Origin: Candidatus Woesearchaeota archaeon
GTDB taxonomy: Archaea; Nanobdellota; Nanobdellia; Pacearchaeales; GW2011-AR1
Assembly: GCA_964363345.1 (NCBI GenBank)
Contig: CAYIHY010000003.1
Span: forward strand, 1-43,039
DNA: 43,039 bases
Reading direction: 5' to 3'
Positions within the stretch are counted from its first letter, which is position 1; every line of letters starts with the position of its first letter. Shown piece by piece: positions 42,990 through 43,039 of the stretch. A program made the position numbers and the translations under genes. The notes under the pieces are model-generated. The model made no database searches. It was not told the DNA's origin and saw only the letters and a program-made list of their open reading frames with translations.

Positions 42990-43039
42990 TAGGTGATTAG
43001 TACAAATCCGCACTAAACCGCCCTCCTTACACAAATATC
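42990..43039. repeat. Right arm of perfect 50-bp inverted repeat (partner 4..53)
   Basis: Exact reverse complement of 4..53. The window ends inside or at the end of the repeat. Confidence 0.9.

Noticed and set aside
1-43039. CRISPR array, composite transposon, provirus or plasmid interpretation of the repeat-bounded segment
   Set aside because: No direct-repeat/spacer array is present anywhere. There are no transposase, integrase, capsid, terminase or replication-initiator genes inside. The content is essential chromosomal housekeeping plus metal homeostasis.

Overview
AT-rich (about 30% GC by eye) archaeal chromosomal segment. Its compactness and gene content suggest a small-genome, DPANN-like archaeon, but that placement is inference only. 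The left 17 kb (minus strand) holds the classical archaeal transcription/translation cluster rpoH-rpoB-rpoA-nusA-rps12-rps7-fusA...tuf, with three oddities. RpoA' and A'' are fused in one ORF. L30e and S10 are missing from their usual slots. About ten orphan small ORFs sit between the core genes, many joined by the same TAAAATG stop-restart junction. Next comes tRNA-Lys(UUU), flanked by copies of its own termini. After it is a deoxynucleotide block: thioredoxin, thyA with a ~100-aa insert, folA, and nrdR-nrdD-nrdG with NrdR-box-like palindromes. Then follow a TtuA/Ncs6-like PP-loop ATPase and a copper block (CopB, CopA, CopZ, a CuA-type cupredoxin, a plastocyanin-like protein and an HMA-membrane-cupredoxin fusion). 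Next is a gap-free 10-gene iron/Fe-S operon: ArsR, IscS, an HExxH protein, DUF1858, hemerythrin, an unlisted 58-aa zinc ribbon, an MA-peptidase-like HExxH protein, IscU, FTR1 and a membrane-tethered wHTH. The last large gene is an Lhr-type helicase. The two edges of the window are a perfect 50-bp inverted repeat. I saw no transposase, integrase, CRISPR array or recognisable defence gene. CDS coordinates come from the supplied ORF track, with some starts adjusted. Coordinates I counted by hand (repeats, motifs, tRNA, small ORF) may be off by 1-2 nt.
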